64,000 nt of DNA from a bacterium (GCA_965219955.1 OZ244799.1:4096001-4160000); one strand, 5' to 3'. Shown: positions 39,983 through 50,597, counted from the first letter of the stretch. The notes: generated from the letters alone by a model not told the origin. A program made the numbers and translations.

Positions 39983-41542
39983 ATGGACGAGAATTCCAAA
40001 AAATCAATTTCCCCCATTCTGCTGTTTGCGCTCATCACGGCTCTGTTTGCGGCGGGTGCGACCTATTTCGCCCATCGAGCCGTCCGGGGCGTGCTCCAGA
40101 GCCGACACGCCGAGCGCGACGCGAGGCGCCTCGGGGACCTGAAAACCAGGATGCGGGGCCGCGTCGATTCTCTGCTCGGGAAGATTCAGGGAGCCGAGCT
40201 TCTGATGGCGGCGGTTCCGGGCGTCGCGAACAGGGAGGGGAAAGCGCTTTCGTTCCTCCTGGGCGGAGAATCGAGAGAATCCTTTGCCGCCTCGGTGCTG
40301 CTCGACGAACGGGGCGGAATACTGGACTCGCGCAGGGTGGGGAACATGCCGCCGCCCGGACCCGAGGAGAAGGGCCTCTGGTCGGGAGCGAGGCGTTCGC
40401 TTCTCTCCTTATGGAAGCGGGAAGGGAAGTCGGAACCGCCGAGGCGCAAGTTCGACGTTCAATCGAGCACGCTGGAAGGTGCGCCGGCGGTGCTGGTGCT
40501 GGCGCCCTCGTCGTCGACCAAGGGTTTTTGGGGCGTCATCGTTTCCGCGGAATCCCTGCTGCCTTTGCGCGAGGGCGATCTGGCTCCGGGCGAGAGCGTT
40601 TTTCTGCTGGCGGAACCCGAGCAGAAGGTTCTCTTCGCCAGTCGCGGGGGGGCGTTCCTCGCTGAGAGCGTCGACGGGAGTTTCAAAAGGGAACTCGCCT
40701 CGCTCCTCGACGTTCCGGTTTGCTGCGAACCCGCCGCCTTCAACGCCGCGAACGAGAACAAACGCTCGATGGCGCAGTCCATATTCCACCTCGGGGTGAG
40801 GCGAGTGCGCCTCGTCCACCTGGCGGAGCGGTCGGGCGCGGACTCCGGCTCGGCGCTGACGATATTGGCCGGCGTGATGCTGGCGGGGTGGCTCGCGTCG
40901 CTCGCCTTGTTTTCTTTTCTGAAGCCCCGGGAGGGGAGCGAAGCCACTGTTCCCCGGACGGGAGAAGCCGGCGCGGACGAGGAAGCATCCGGCCGTCGGC
41001 TCGGTTCGGACCAGCTCGCGACTATCTGCAAGGTGAGCGAATCGGTGGCGGCGGGCGCGCACTTCCGCGAGGTCATCCTCACCGTCGCGCAGGAGGCCTG
41101 CCGCTTTTTCTCGACCGACAGGTATTACGCCGCGTTGTACGACGAGGCGACGGAGCGGTTTCTCGAGATTTGCTCCTCGCGCCTGGGCCAGGCCTACCGG
41201 CGCGCCATCACTTCTCCCGATTCCGGCCTGCCGGAGAGAATCGCCCTGAGAGAAAAAGAGATCGTCGAGGTGCTCTATGCCGATGAATGGCACGGCGCGC
41301 CCGAGGTGCTCAAGGCCGAAAAGGTGGGCGGAGTCGTGGTTTTCCCCCTGGTCGCGATGGGAAAAGTGGTGGGGCTGGCTTCTGTTTATTTCGACTCCCC
41401 CCGGGAGATGCCGGATGACGAAGTCGACTATTGCGCCGCTCTCTTTCACCAGGCCGCCGTGGCCATATCGCGGACCTTGGCCGCCGCTCCGGGAACGCGC
41501 TCTACGGATTCGCCCGAAGAGGCAGGCGAAGATGAGGCGTAG
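39983..41542 (+). CDS. Membrane-anchored protein with extracytoplasmic domain and C-terminal GAF domain
   Basis: Two TM segments; C-terminal FPLVAMGKVVG...QAAVAI GAF pattern. Confidence 0.65.
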   Translation: MDENSKKSISPILLFALITALFAAGATYFAHRAVRGVLQSRHAERDARRLGDLKTRMRGRVDSLLGKIQGAELLMAAVPGVANREGKALSFLLGGESRESFAASVLLDERGGILDSRRVGNMPPPGPEEKGLWSGARRSLLSLWKREGKSEPPRRKFDVQSSTLEGAPAVLVLAPSSSTKGFWGVIVSAESLLPLREGDLAPGESVFLLAEPEQKVLFASRGGAFLAESVDGSFKRELASLLDVPVCCEPAAFNAANENKRSMAQSIFHLGVRRVRLVHLAERSGADSGSALTILAGVMLAGWLASLALFSFLKPREGSEATVPRTGEAGADEEASGRRLGSDQLATICKVSESVAAGAHFREVILTVAQEACRFFSTDRYYAALYDEATERFLEICSSRLGQAYRRAITSPDSGLPERIALREKEIVEVLYADEWHGAPEVLKAEKVGGVVVFPLVAMGKVVGLASVYFDSPREMPDDEVDYCAALFHQAAVAISRTLAAAPGTRSTDSPEEAGEDEA

Positions 41543-41551
41543 CGGGAAAAG

Positions 41552-42229
41552 ATGAGTGCGGCGAGGCTGCGGCCGGAAGATTTCGAGGCGCTCTACGCGG
41601 GCTTCGCGAGTCCGCCGGCGCGGTTCGACTGCGGAAAGAAGTGCGCGCCCTTCAACGAGGGGGTTCCTTTCTGCTGCGATTCGGGCTGGGTGGTTCCCGT
41701 CGCCTGTCGCGAGGAATGGAAGTTTCTCGAATCGCGCACGCGGCTCTGGCACGAGTTCAGGCCGCGCACACTCCCCGAACTCGCGATGGTCGAGGAAGTC
41801 GACGCGGAGCAGAGCGTTTTCATCGAATGCCGCGGCGCCTTGCATTGCGAGCGGGAAAACCGCTCCGTCTCGTGCCGCACGTTTCCCTATGAACCCTATT
41901 TCGACGGCGACGAGAATCTCCTGGGACTGGTCTACAACCGGGTGCTGGAGGACAAATGCTACCTCGTGGATCGCCACCGCGTGGCGACGAAGAAGTATGT
42001 GGGTGAATTCCTGCGCTTTTTCGACCGGCTGTTCGAGCTGCTGCCCGCCGAGCGCGAACTCTACATCGCGCAAAGCAGGCGTTACCGCCGGACGATGAGC
42101 CGAAGAAAAAGGCCCCTCGTGGTCCTGACGCCGGACGGCCCCTACGAGGCCGCCTGCCGGGGCGGAAAGCTCCTCCGCCGGTGGAACAGGCCCGACCCTC
42201 CCGAGAGCGCGTACCGGCCCGGGGGGTGA
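41552..42229 (+). CDS. Cys-rich (YkgJ-like) putative metal/Fe-S protein
   Basis: FDCGKKC, FCCD, ECRGALHC, SCRTFP motifs. Confidence 0.6.
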   Translation: MSAARLRPEDFEALYAGFASPPARFDCGKKCAPFNEGVPFCCDSGWVVPVACREEWKFLESRTRLWHEFRPRTLPELAMVEEVDAEQSVFIECRGALHCERENRSVSCRTFPYEPYFDGDENLLGLVYNRVLEDKCYLVDRHRVATKKYVGEFLRFFDRLFELLPAERELYIAQSRRYRRTMSRRKRPLVVLTPDGPYEAACRGGKLLRRWNRPDPPESAYRPGG

Positions 42230-42234
42230 TCACC

Positions 42235-42473
42235 GTCATTCCGGCGAAGGCCGGAATCCATTTTCGCCTTTGCCTTTTCACCTCCTCGTTCGGACGTCTT
42301 TACGCCCGGGCGGGGAGGGTCGGAATCGAACACAAAAACGAAAGACGAATTCCTTGGATTCCGCATTCGAACGCCGCGCAACAACAAGGTCGTGGCCGCC
42401 CCGCCCGGTGAAAAGTCAAAATGGATTCCGGGCAATCCCTCCCTCCTCGGTCGGCATTGATTGCCGGAATGAC
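42235..42473. repeat. MITE-like family A element
   Basis: Terminal GTCATTCCGGC/GCCGGAATGAC; interior shared with the 25933 and 58455 copies. Confidence 0.85.
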
Positions 42474-42667
42474 GGCGGCGGGGCCGGTCTCGATAACGGC
42501 GGGAGGGTTTGCGGTTTTCGTAGGGCTCGGACATATATGTCCGACTGTGTGTTCTCCCGTTTTACCGTGTTTTCGTCCGAGCGTTTGGGGCGATGGGGTG
42601 GACGCCTCCTTCCGGCGGATTAGAATGTGGCGAGACGACGTCACACACCGCCCGGAAGGAGACGACC

Positions 42668-43693
42668 ATGGGAGGAGTCTACATCATCGGGGTCGACTTG
42701 GCGAAACACAGTTTTCAACTCCACGGCGCGTGGGCGGACGGGCGGGTCGCGTTCCGCAAGAAGCTGACGCGGGCGAAGGTGCTGGAGTTTCTGTCGTCGC
42801 AGCCTCGATGCGTGGTGGCGATGGAGGCGTGCGCGAGCGCGCACTACTGGGGGCGCGAGGTCGGCAAGCTCGGCCATGAGGTTCGGCTCATGCCGCCGGT
42901 CTACGTGAAGCCCTACGTGAAGCGCCACAAGAACGACGCGGCGGATGCGGAGGCGATATGCGAGGCGGCCACCCGGGCGACGATGCGCTTCGTGGCGGTG
43001 AAGAGCGAAGCGCAGCAGGGGTGTGGGATGGAGTACCGCACGCGGGATTTGCTGGTGCATCAGCGCACGCAGGCGCGCAACGCGCTGCGCAGCCACCTGG
43101 CGGAGTTCGGGGTCGTCGAGCGGCAAGGGCCCGTGGGCCTCACACGGCTGGCGGCGGCGGTTCGGGGAGCGGAATCGGGCCTGCCCGAGGAGGTCCGGGA
43201 GCTGGGCGAAGTTCTGCTCGCCCAGATTGTCGGCCTCGATGCGAAGGTCCGGGAGTTGACCGGACGGCTCCGGGCGAGCGCATACGCGGACGAGGAGGCG
43301 CGGCGTCTGATGAGCATCCCGGGTGTTGGTCCGATTACGGCGTCGGCGATCCGGGCGTTCGCGCCGCCGGTGGAGAACTTCCGTCGGGGCCGTGACTTCT
43401 CGGCCTGGCTGGGTCTGGTTCCCCGGCAGCACTCCACGGGGGGCAAGCCCCGTCTGGGGGGCATGTCGAAGATGGGCCAGCGCGACGTGAGGCGTCTGTT
43501 GATATCGGGCGCGATGTCGGAGATACGCTGGGCGGGGCGTCGCCGGAAGCCGCCGTGTCCGTGGCTGGCGCGGATGCTGGCGCGCAAGCCGAGGAAGGTG
43601 GTGGCGGTGGCGCTGGCGAACCGGATGGCGCGCATCGCGTGGGCGCTGATGCGGAACAAGGATGTCTACAGGGAGCCGGCGCCCCTCGCCTGA
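42668..43693 (+). CDS. IS110 family transposase/recombinase
   Basis: GVDLAK, MEAC, KNDAADA (DEDD) and WLGLVPRQHSTGG motifs; GAAGGAG RBS. Confidence 0.95.
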   Translation: MGGVYIIGVDLAKHSFQLHGAWADGRVAFRKKLTRAKVLEFLSSQPRCVVAMEACASAHYWGREVGKLGHEVRLMPPVYVKPYVKRHKNDAADAEAICEAATRATMRFVAVKSEAQQGCGMEYRTRDLLVHQRTQARNALRSHLAEFGVVERQGPVGLTRLAAAVRGAESGLPEEVRELGEVLLAQIVGLDAKVRELTGRLRASAYADEEARRLMSIPGVGPITASAIRAFAPPVENFRRGRDFSAWLGLVPRQHSTGGKPRLGGMSKMGQRDVRRLLISGAMSEIRWAGRRRKPPCPWLARMLARKPRKVVAVALANRMARIAWALMRNKDVYREPAPLA

Positions 43694-43749
43694 GCGGCGG
43701 GCGCACGGATAGAGCCGGGAGGAATGTGAGCAGGCCGGAGGAAGGGTAA

Positions 43750-43910
43750 GGGCAAACGGTCATCGAGACGGGACCGGGAAAACCAGATGCGTGTCCAGAG
43801 CCACCGAGCTCACCAGGTCGATTTGGACCCGGTCCACCTATCTCCATACGGGCCCGCGGCCAGAGTAAAGCGCCGCAACGAAGAGGCCGGATATACGACT
43901 GAGCCGAACC
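43750..43910 (+). ncRNA. Candidate bridge/seek RNA of the IS1111-type element
   Basis: Stem GGACCGGG/CCCGGTCC encloses TGCGTGTCC (complementary to the target flank); ATATACGA matches the donor junction; boundaries approximate. Confidence 0.7.
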
Positions 43911-44037
43911 GCTTTGCGCCGAACCCTCCCCAAAAACCGCTTGCATTCTCGTGGGCGTCCATATACGACTGAGCCGAACCGCTTTGCGCCGAACCCTCCC
44001 CAAAAACCGCTTGCATTCTCGTGGGCGTCCATATACG
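43891..44037 (+). repeat. Exact 70-bp tandem duplication at the IS right end
   Basis: 43891-43960 equals 43961-44030, plus a third ATATACG. Confidence 0.95.
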
Positions 44038-44223
44038 GACACGCAGGTCCGCCCCTACACATCGAACCCGATGGAGCAGGACTTTTTCAACAACCCCGCA
44101 TTGGTCGGCGTGCCCCCCGTAGGGACAGGCCTCCGTGCCTGTCCTGACGAAGGACAACCACGGAGGGTTGTCCCTGCAAAAAACGCAACATCTATTTTAT
44201 CGGTCGCGATTGCCGCCGCCGGC

Positions 44224-45432
44224 TCAGCCCGTCATCTCCTCGGCCATGTCGGCGATGGCGCGGCCTATCATCAGCGAGGCCGTCGCGCCCGGCGAGGGGG
44301 CGTTGCACACGTGGACGGCGCCCTCGGTCCGGATGATGGAAAAATCATCCAGCAGGCCGCCTTCGCGGTCCACCGCCTGCGCGCGGACGCCCGCGCCCGC
44401 GGGAGCGAGGTCCGATTCGCGGATCTCGGGCATGAGCTTTTGCAGCGCGCGCGTGAAGGCGGACTTGCTGACCGAGCGGACCATCTCACCGAGTCCCGTC
44501 TTCCAGTATTTGAGCGCCAGCCTCAGGAAGCCGGGATACGTCAGGGTTTCGAGCAGATCGTAGGGGTCGACCCGCGTTTTCGTATACCCCTCTCTCATGT
44601 AGGCCAAAACGGCGTTCGGCCCCGCCTCGACGCTCCCGTCCACGCGGCGGGTGAAGTGGACCCCCAGGAAAGGAAACGCCGGGTCGGGGACCGGGTAGAT
44701 CAGGCTCTTCACGAGCGAGCGGCTCCCGGGCGTGAGTTCGTAATACTCGCCCCGGAAGGGCACGATCTTCATCGGCGGCGCCCCGCCTGCGAGTTTGGCG
44801 ATCCTGTCGGCGTAAAGCCCCGCGCAGTTGACGATGAGCTTTCCCCCGAAATCCCCCGCCGTCGTTTCGACGCGCCTTTCTCTTCCCGAGACGGCGATGC
44901 CGGTGACTTCGGCGGACGTCCGGATGCTCTGCCCCGCCCCGGTGACGATGCGGGCGTAGGCGCGCACGACGGCGCCGTAGTCGATGATGCCCGTGGAGGG
45001 CACCCGCAGGGCCTTGACGCCCCGGGCGTGGGGTTCGAACTCGCGGAGTTCCTCCGGCCCCAGAACCGCGATGTTCTCGATGCCGTTCGCCTCGCCACGG
45101 CGGCGTAATTCCTCGAGCCGGGGGATTTCCGCCTCCTCCGTGGCGACGACCACCTTGCCGCAGATTTCGTGGGCTATCCCGTGTTCCCGTGCGAAGCGCA
45201 CCATGGCGGCCGCGCCCTCCACGCAGGTCCTGGCCTTGAGCGAGCCGGGGCGGTAGTAGAGTCCCGCATGGATCACGCCGCTGTTGTGGAGCGATTGGTG
45301 GCGGCCGACGCCGGTTTCTTTCTCGAGGACGAGGACGCGTTTTTCGGGTCGGCGGCGGGTGATCTCCATGGCGGTGGAAAGGCCGAGAATGCCGCCTCCG
45401 ATGACGATGACGTCCCACGTTGTCTGATTCAT
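44224..45432 (-). CDS. lhgO: L-2-hydroxyglutarate oxidase
   Basis: GGGILG, HQSLHNSGVIHAGLYY, PFRGEY, PFLGVH, GVRAQA, NAPSPGATAS motifs. Confidence 0.92.
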   Translation of the reverse strand: MNQTTWDVIVIGGGILGLSTAMEITRRRPEKRVLVLEKETGVGRHQSLHNSGVIHAGLYYRPGSLKARTCVEGAAAMVRFAREHGIAHEICGKVVVATEEAEIPRLEELRRRGEANGIENIAVLGPEELREFEPHARGVKALRVPSTGIIDYGAVVRAYARIVTGAGQSIRTSAEVTGIAVSGRERRVETTAGDFGGKLIVNCAGLYADRIAKLAGGAPPMKIVPFRGEYYELTPGSRSLVKSLIYPVPDPAFPFLGVHFTRRVDGSVEAGPNAVLAYMREGYTKTRVDPYDLLETLTYPGFLRLALKYWKTGLGEMVRSVSKSAFTRALQKLMPEIRESDLAPAGAGVRAQAVDREGGLLDDFSIIRTEGAVHVCNAPSPGATASLMIGRAIADMAEEMTG

Positions 45433-45536
45433 CCCCCAACCTCGAAAATAACAGCAATAAGAAAAAACGAAAGATTTTTCAGGCGATGAGAATACCCCAA
45501 AGAGCTGAAAATAACCCGCTGGAATTTAGTTTCCTG

Positions 45537-45565
45537 TTGACATCGGGTTTTTCGCTCATTATCCT
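45537..45565 (+). promoter_or_regulatory. Sigma70-like promoter for the TAXI operon
   Basis: TTGACA, 17 bp, TATCCT. Confidence 0.55.
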
Positions 45566-45742
45566 TGAATCGGGCAATCATACCGAGAACAAAGAATCGG
45601 CAAGAGCCGGTTTTTAGAGGTTTTCCCTGGAATTCGTCATCCACGAGGAGGATGTATGGATGTCGATTATAAAGAGGAAACGCTCATAAGGAATGCTCGG
45701 CAAGTCTATTTTTCCCCTCACTTCACTCAAGGAGAATATGCG

Positions 45743-46708
45743 ATGAAAAGGACAATGAAATTCATACTCGCTTCCGTCGTGGCGATTTCACTGGCGGGAG
45801 CGGCGGTCCCTGCGAGCGCCGCGAAATTTCTCGTGGTCGGCGGCGGCTCCACCACGGGCGTGTACTACCAGGTCGCTCTCAACGTCTGCAAGCTGGTGAA
45901 CAAGACGTTGAAAAGCAAGGGTTATAACTGCATCGGCCGTCCCGCGCTGGGTTCGGTGTTCAACATCAACGCCATCAAGCGCGGCCTCCTGAACTTCGGC
46001 GTCGCCCAGTCCGACAGGAACTTTCAGGCGTACAACGGCACGGCCGACTGGAAGGGCAAAGCCTTCAAGGGTCTCAGGAGCGTCTTCAGCGTTCATCCCG
46101 AAACCGTCATGCTCGTCGCTCGCGCGGATTCGGGCATCATGAAGGTATCGGACATCAAGGGGCGCCGGGTGAACATCGGCAACCCCGGCTCCGGCCAGCG
46201 CGGTAACGCGACGGACATCCTGAAAATCTACGGCATCGGCATGAAGGACATCAAGGCCGAGGGCCTGCAGCAGGGCGGGGCGAGCCGCGCGCTGGTGGAC
46301 AAGAAGATCGACGCGTTCTTCTACACCGTCGGCAACCCCTGGGGCGGCGGTCTCGAGATCTCCAACAGCACAGCGATCCGCATGATCCCCATCAACGCCA
46401 AGGGCATCATGGATCTGGTGTCCGGCAAGCCCTACTACGTGATGACGAACATCCCGGGCGGCATTTACAAGGGCGTCAATAAGGACGTGCCGACCTACGC
46501 GGTGAAGGCCACTTTCGTGACCGGCGCGAATCAGCCCAACGACGTGGTCTACAACGTCGTGAAGACCATCTTCGATAATCTCGACCAGTTCCGCGCCACG
46601 CACGCGGCGTTCAAGTACCTGACGAAGAAAGACATGCTCGGTGGTCTCTCGGCTCCCTTCCATCCGGGCGCCACGCGTTACTACAAGGAAAAAGGCTTGA
46701 TGAAGTAG
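45743..46708 (+). CDS. TAXI-family TRAP substrate-binding protein
   Basis: Signal peptide, GVYY, GSVFNI, AQSD, GNPGSG, PFHPGA motifs. Confidence 0.92.
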   Translation: MKRTMKFILASVVAISLAGAAVPASAAKFLVVGGGSTTGVYYQVALNVCKLVNKTLKSKGYNCIGRPALGSVFNINAIKRGLLNFGVAQSDRNFQAYNGTADWKGKAFKGLRSVFSVHPETVMLVARADSGIMKVSDIKGRRVNIGNPGSGQRGNATDILKIYGIGMKDIKAEGLQQGGASRALVDKKIDAFFYTVGNPWGGGLEISNSTAIRMIPINAKGIMDLVSGKPYYVMTNIPGGIYKGVNKDVPTYAVKATFVTGANQPNDVVYNVVKTIFDNLDQFRATHAAFKYLTKKDMLGGLSAPFHPGATRYYKEKGLMK

Positions 46709-46730
46709 TGTAATTCCGGACGAACGTCTA

Positions 46731-46770
46731 CCACATGGGCCGGGGGCCGCACGCCCCCGGCTTCGTGTGG
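46731..46770 (+). other. Intercistronic stem-loop after the substrate-binding protein gene
   Basis: CCACATGGGCCGGGGGC...GCCCCCGGCTTCGTGTGG. Confidence 0.6.
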
Positions 46771-46824
46771 TGATTCGAGTTTCATTCTTTCATGAAGTGG
46801 GGTAAACGTTTGAGGGGCGAATAA

Positions 46825-49074
46825 ATGAGCGAGCCGGGTGATTCCGCTGACGTTTTGGGCGCAGGGATCGACGAAGAATCGAAGCGGGCGGCGGAGGAAA
46901 TCGCCGCCGAAGCGGAATCCGGCGGGCGGCAGCCCAAGAACCTCACGGCCTGGCTGGTCTCCGTCCTCGCGATCTCCTGGTCCTGTTTCCAGCTCTACAT
47001 CGCCTACACCCCCCTGAACTCCATCATCGCCAGAAGCATCCACCTCACCTTCGCCATCACGATGGTCTACCTGGCCTTCCCGGGGACGAAAAAGCCCGGC
47101 GAGACCTGGATTCAGCGCATGTCGCTCCAGCTTTTCCCCTACTTCATGCGGTCCCAGCGCTCCACGCGGGAGGTCATCCCCTGGTACGACTATGCGCTCG
47201 CGATCATAGCGGGGCTGGGCGCGTTCTACATGGCCTGGGACTACGCGAACATCATCCAGCGCTCGGGCCTCCCCATCCAGCGCGACGTCATCGTGGGGGC
47301 GATCCTCGTCGTTCTTCTTCTGGAAGCCGCGCGGCGCGCGCTCGGACCCGCGCTGCCGATCCTCGCCATCCTGTTCCTGCTCTATTGCTTCGTGGGTCCC
47401 TACATGCCCTCGTTCATCGCGCATCCGGGCGTTCCGCTCGAATTCGTCGTGGACCACATGTATCTGAGCGACAGCGGCATCTGGGGCGTGCCCATCGGGG
47501 TGTCGACGAGCTTCGTGTTCCTCTTCGTGCTGTTCGGCTCGCTGCTCGACAAGGCGGGCGCGGCGAACTACTTCGTGCAGGTGGCCTTCGCGGCGCTGGG
47601 CCGCTTCCGGGGCGGACCCGCCAAGGCGGCCGTGGTCGCCTCGGGTATGACGGGTCTCGTCTCGGGCTCATCCATCGCGAACGTGGCGACGACGGGAACC
47701 TTCACGATCCCGCTGATGAAAAAAGTGGGCCTGCCCGCCTACAAGGCGGGCGCCGTGGAAGTGGGCGCGAGCACGAACGGACAGCTCATGCCGCCGGTCA
47801 TGGGCGCCGCCGCGTTCATCATGGCGGAATTCCTGGGATTGGCGTATCTCGACGTGGTGCGCGCCGCCATACTGCCGGCCCTGCTGTCTTATATCGCCCT
47901 GTTCTACGTCGTTCATTTGGAAGCGCTCAAGCTGGACTTAAGACCGCTGAGGGAGGATGAACTGCCCTCGTTCTGGCACACGCTCATCAGCGGCATCCAC
48001 TACGTCGTTCCCATCCTGGCGCTCATCTACACGCTCGTCATCCTGCGCATGTCGGCCGTGGCGTCGGCGTTCAACGCGATCCTGCTGACGATGGCGATCA
48101 TCGTCGTCCAGCGTCCCATGCAGAACACCATCGCCGTCCTGGGCGGCATGAAGCGCGAGAAGGGCGTCGCCCATCTGCGGGAGTTGTTCGGCGAGGCGCA
48201 TTTCAAGGAACTCGAAGAGCGCCTGTGGGACGGGGTGCTCGCCGGTTTCGGCCAGAGCTTCGGCGACGTCTGGCAGGGGTTGATGGCCGGGGCCAAGAAC
48301 ATGATGGGCATCGGCGTCGCGACCGCGGCGGCGGGCATCATCGTGGGCACCGTCACGCTTACCGGCTTGAGCGGACGCTTCATCGAGCTTATCGAGATCG
48401 TCTCCCTGGGCAACGTGGTGCTCATGCTCCTGCTCACCGCGATCTGCTCCCTCATCCTGGGGATGGGGCTTCCCACGACGGCGAACTACATCGTCATGGC
48501 GACGCTCACCGCGCCCGTCATCGTGAGCCTGGGCGGCAAGGCGGGCCTCGTGGTGCCGCTGCTCGCGGCCCATCTGTTCGTCTTTTATTTCGGCATCCTG
48601 GCCGACGACACGCCGCCCGTGGGTCTGGCCGCGTTCGCCGCCTCGGCGATAGCCAAGTCCGACCCCATCCAGACGGGCGTGCAGGGCTTCGTCTACGACC
48701 TGCGGACCGCCGTGCTGCCGTTCGTCTTCATCTACAACCTGGAGCTCCTGATGATGCAGGGCGTCGGTCCCAAGGGCGAGATCATCTGGATCAACGATAT
48801 TCTCAAAATCGCCTGGGTGTGTTTCGTCTCTCTGGCGGCGATTTTCGCCTTCGCCTCCGCGCTTCAGGGCTATTTCGCCGATAACTGCAACTGGGGCGAG
48901 CGGGCGATCCTGATGGTGGTGTGCGTCTCGGCGTTCAGGCCCTCGCTCATAACGGATTTCACCGGCGGCCCGCGGCCCGTGGTGCAGCTCGTCGCGGTGG
49001 CGATTTTCGCCGCCTTGTACTGGTATCAGCACAGCAGGCGAAAAGGGCAAACGCCTCAGCCGGCGCCCGCCTGA
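46825..49074 (+). CDS. TRAP transporter 4TM/12TM fused permease
   Basis: [37 protein letters not shown] motifs. Confidence 0.93.
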   Translation: MSEPGDSADVLGAGIDEESKRAAEEIAAEAESGGRQPKNLTAWLVSVLAISWSCFQLYIAYTPLNSIIARSIHLTFAITMVYLAFPGTKKPGETWIQRMSLQLFPYFMRSQRSTREVIPWYDYALAIIAGLGAFYMAWDYANIIQRSGLPIQRDVIVGAILVVLLLEAARRALGPALPILAILFLLYCFVGPYMPSFIAHPGVPLEFVVDHMYLSDSGIWGVPIGVSTSFVFLFVLFGSLLDKAGAANYFVQVAFAALGRFRGGPAKAAVVASGMTGLVSGSSIANVATTGTFTIPLMKKVGLPAYKAGAVEVGASTNGQLMPPVMGAAAFIMAEFLGLAYLDVVRAAILPALLSYIALFYVVHLEALKLDLRPLREDELPSFWHTLISGIHYVVPILALIYTLVILRMSAVASAFNAILLTMAIIVVQRPMQNTIAVLGGMKREKGVAHLRELFGEAHFKELEERLWDGVLAGFGQSFGDVWQGLMAGAKNMMGIGVATAAAGIIVGTVTLTGLSGRFIELIEIVSLGNVVLMLLLTAICSLILGMGLPTTANYIVMATLTAPVIVSLGGKAGLVVPLLAAHLFVFYFGILADDTPPVGLAAFAASAIAKSDPIQTGVQGFVYDLRTAVLPFVFIYNLELLMMQGVGPKGEIIWINDILKIAWVCFVSLAAIFAFASALQGYFADNCNWGERAILMVVCVSAFRPSLITDFTGGPRPVVQLVAVAIFAALYWYQHSRRKGQTPQPAPA

Positions 49075-49161
49075 CCCGCGCGGGCCGCTCGGCCCGGCTT
49101 TACTTCTGTTTCTCCCCCAGGTTCCGGTGCGCGAATGGGTTGTGATAGGCTTGCGGCCCAT

Positions 49162-49238
<77 letters not shown>

Positions 49239-49409
49239 GGAAAAAATATCATCGCCATACTCCTTTCGCGTCGGAGGAGAATCGCGTCCCCGGAACCGTG
49301 AAATTCACCCCCTCCGGCACTGCGCAAACGCGCTCGATTCTGCTACCTTATGGGCGGATGAATCTCCCTTGTTCTTGAGTCGCTGCATTTTCTTCACAGG
49401 AGCGCGTTC

Positions 49410-50597
49410 GTGCAGAATCACTCTCTACCCCTGTCCCGTTTCAAGGTCCTGGATCTCACCCGCGCGCGGGCCGGCCCCACGGCGGTTCGCCAGTTCGCGG
49501 ACTGGGGGGCGGACGTCATCAAGATAGAGGCGCCGCCCACGAGCGGCTTTTCGGACAACATGGCCCAGCCCCGGAGCGGGTATGAGGCGCAGAACCTGCA
49601 CCGCAACAAGAGGGGCATGACCCTCAACCTGCGCGAGGAAAAGGGCCGCGAGATATTCTTCCGCATGGTGAAAGACGCCGACGTGGTGATCGAGAACTAC
49701 CGGCCCGACGTGAAGCACCGCCTGGGCGTGGATTACGAGGCCTGTCGCGCCGTGAACCCGCGCATCGTCTACGGGAGCATCTCCGGCTTCGGGCAGGAGG
49801 GACCCTACAGCAAGCGACCGGGGCTGGACATGACGGCCCAGGGGCTGAGCGGCCTCATGTCCGTCACCGGCAAGCCTGGCGAGGGGCCCATGCGTGTGGG
49901 CATTCCGCTCGCCGATCTGTCTGCCGGCTTCATGCTCGCGCAGGGGATTATGATCGCCCTGCTCGAGCGCGAAGTCTCGGGTGAGGGGCAATGGGTGCAC
50001 ACCTCGCTTCTCGAAGCCCAGATTCAGATGATGGACTTCCAGGCCGCGAGATACCTGCTTTTCGAGGACGTGCCCACCCAGCAGGGGAACAACCACCCCA
50101 CCTTTTTGCCGGCGGGCGTTTTCGAGACCGCGGACGGGCGGATCATCATCCAGTCCGGTCCCCAGCATCTCTGGGAGCGCCTCGTGAACGCGCTGGAATT
50201 GCCCGAGCTGCTCGAGAATCCCGATTACGGGAGCGTGCCGAAGCGCTTCGAGAACAAAGAGGCCCTGCACGAGACCATCACCCGCCGCACGCGGGCGAAG
50301 CCGGGTGCGGAGTGGATCGAGATACTGAACGAGGCGGGAATCCCCTGCGGGCCCATCTACACGGTGGACAAGACGTTCGCCGATCCCCAGGTGAAGGGGC
50401 TGAACATGTCGCCCGAGGTCGAGCACCCCGAGATGGGGCCGATAAAGATCGTGGGCCAGGCGGTCAAGCTCGCCCGCACGCCGCAGAAGATGCGCAACTC
50501 GACGCCCGAGGTGGGCGAGCATACGGAAGAGATTTTGAAGAATTTGGGCTACGATGCGGACGCGATAAGTCGATTGCGCGATGCGGGCATCGTCTAG
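49410..50597 (+). CDS. CaiB/BaiF family CoA-transferase
   Basis: VLDLTRARAGP, RNKRG, ENYRP, SGFGQEGP motifs. Confidence 0.93.
   Translation: MQNHSLPLSRFKVLDLTRARAGPTAVRQFADWGADVIKIEAPPTSGFSDNMAQPRSGYEAQNLHRNKRGMTLNLREEKGREIFFRMVKDADVVIENYRPDVKHRLGVDYEACRAVNPRIVYGSISGFGQEGPYSKRPGLDMTAQGLSGLMSVTGKPGEGPMRVGIPLADLSAGFMLAQGIMIALLEREVSGEGQWVHTSLLEAQIQMMDFQAARYLLFEDVPTQQGNNHPTFLPAGVFETADGRIIIQSGPQHLWERLVNALELPELLENPDYGSVPKRFENKEALHETITRRTRAKPGAEWIEILNEAGIPCGPIYTVDKTFADPQVKGLNMSPEVEHPEMGPIKIVGQAVKLARTPQKMRNSTPEVGEHTEEILKNLGYDADAISRLRDAGIV

Larger units (their letters stand above)
42593..44037 (+). mobile_element. IS110 family, IS1111-type insertion sequence inserted in a REP
   Basis: Sub-terminal IRs TGGACGCC (42599-42606) and GGCGTCCA (44024-44031); CG core at 42591-42592 and 44036-44037; long non-coding right end. 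Confidence 0.88.

Noticed and set aside
43891-44037. Direct repeat as a possible CRISPR array
   Set aside because: Two adjacent identical 70-bp units with no spacers and no cas genes; it is part of the IS end
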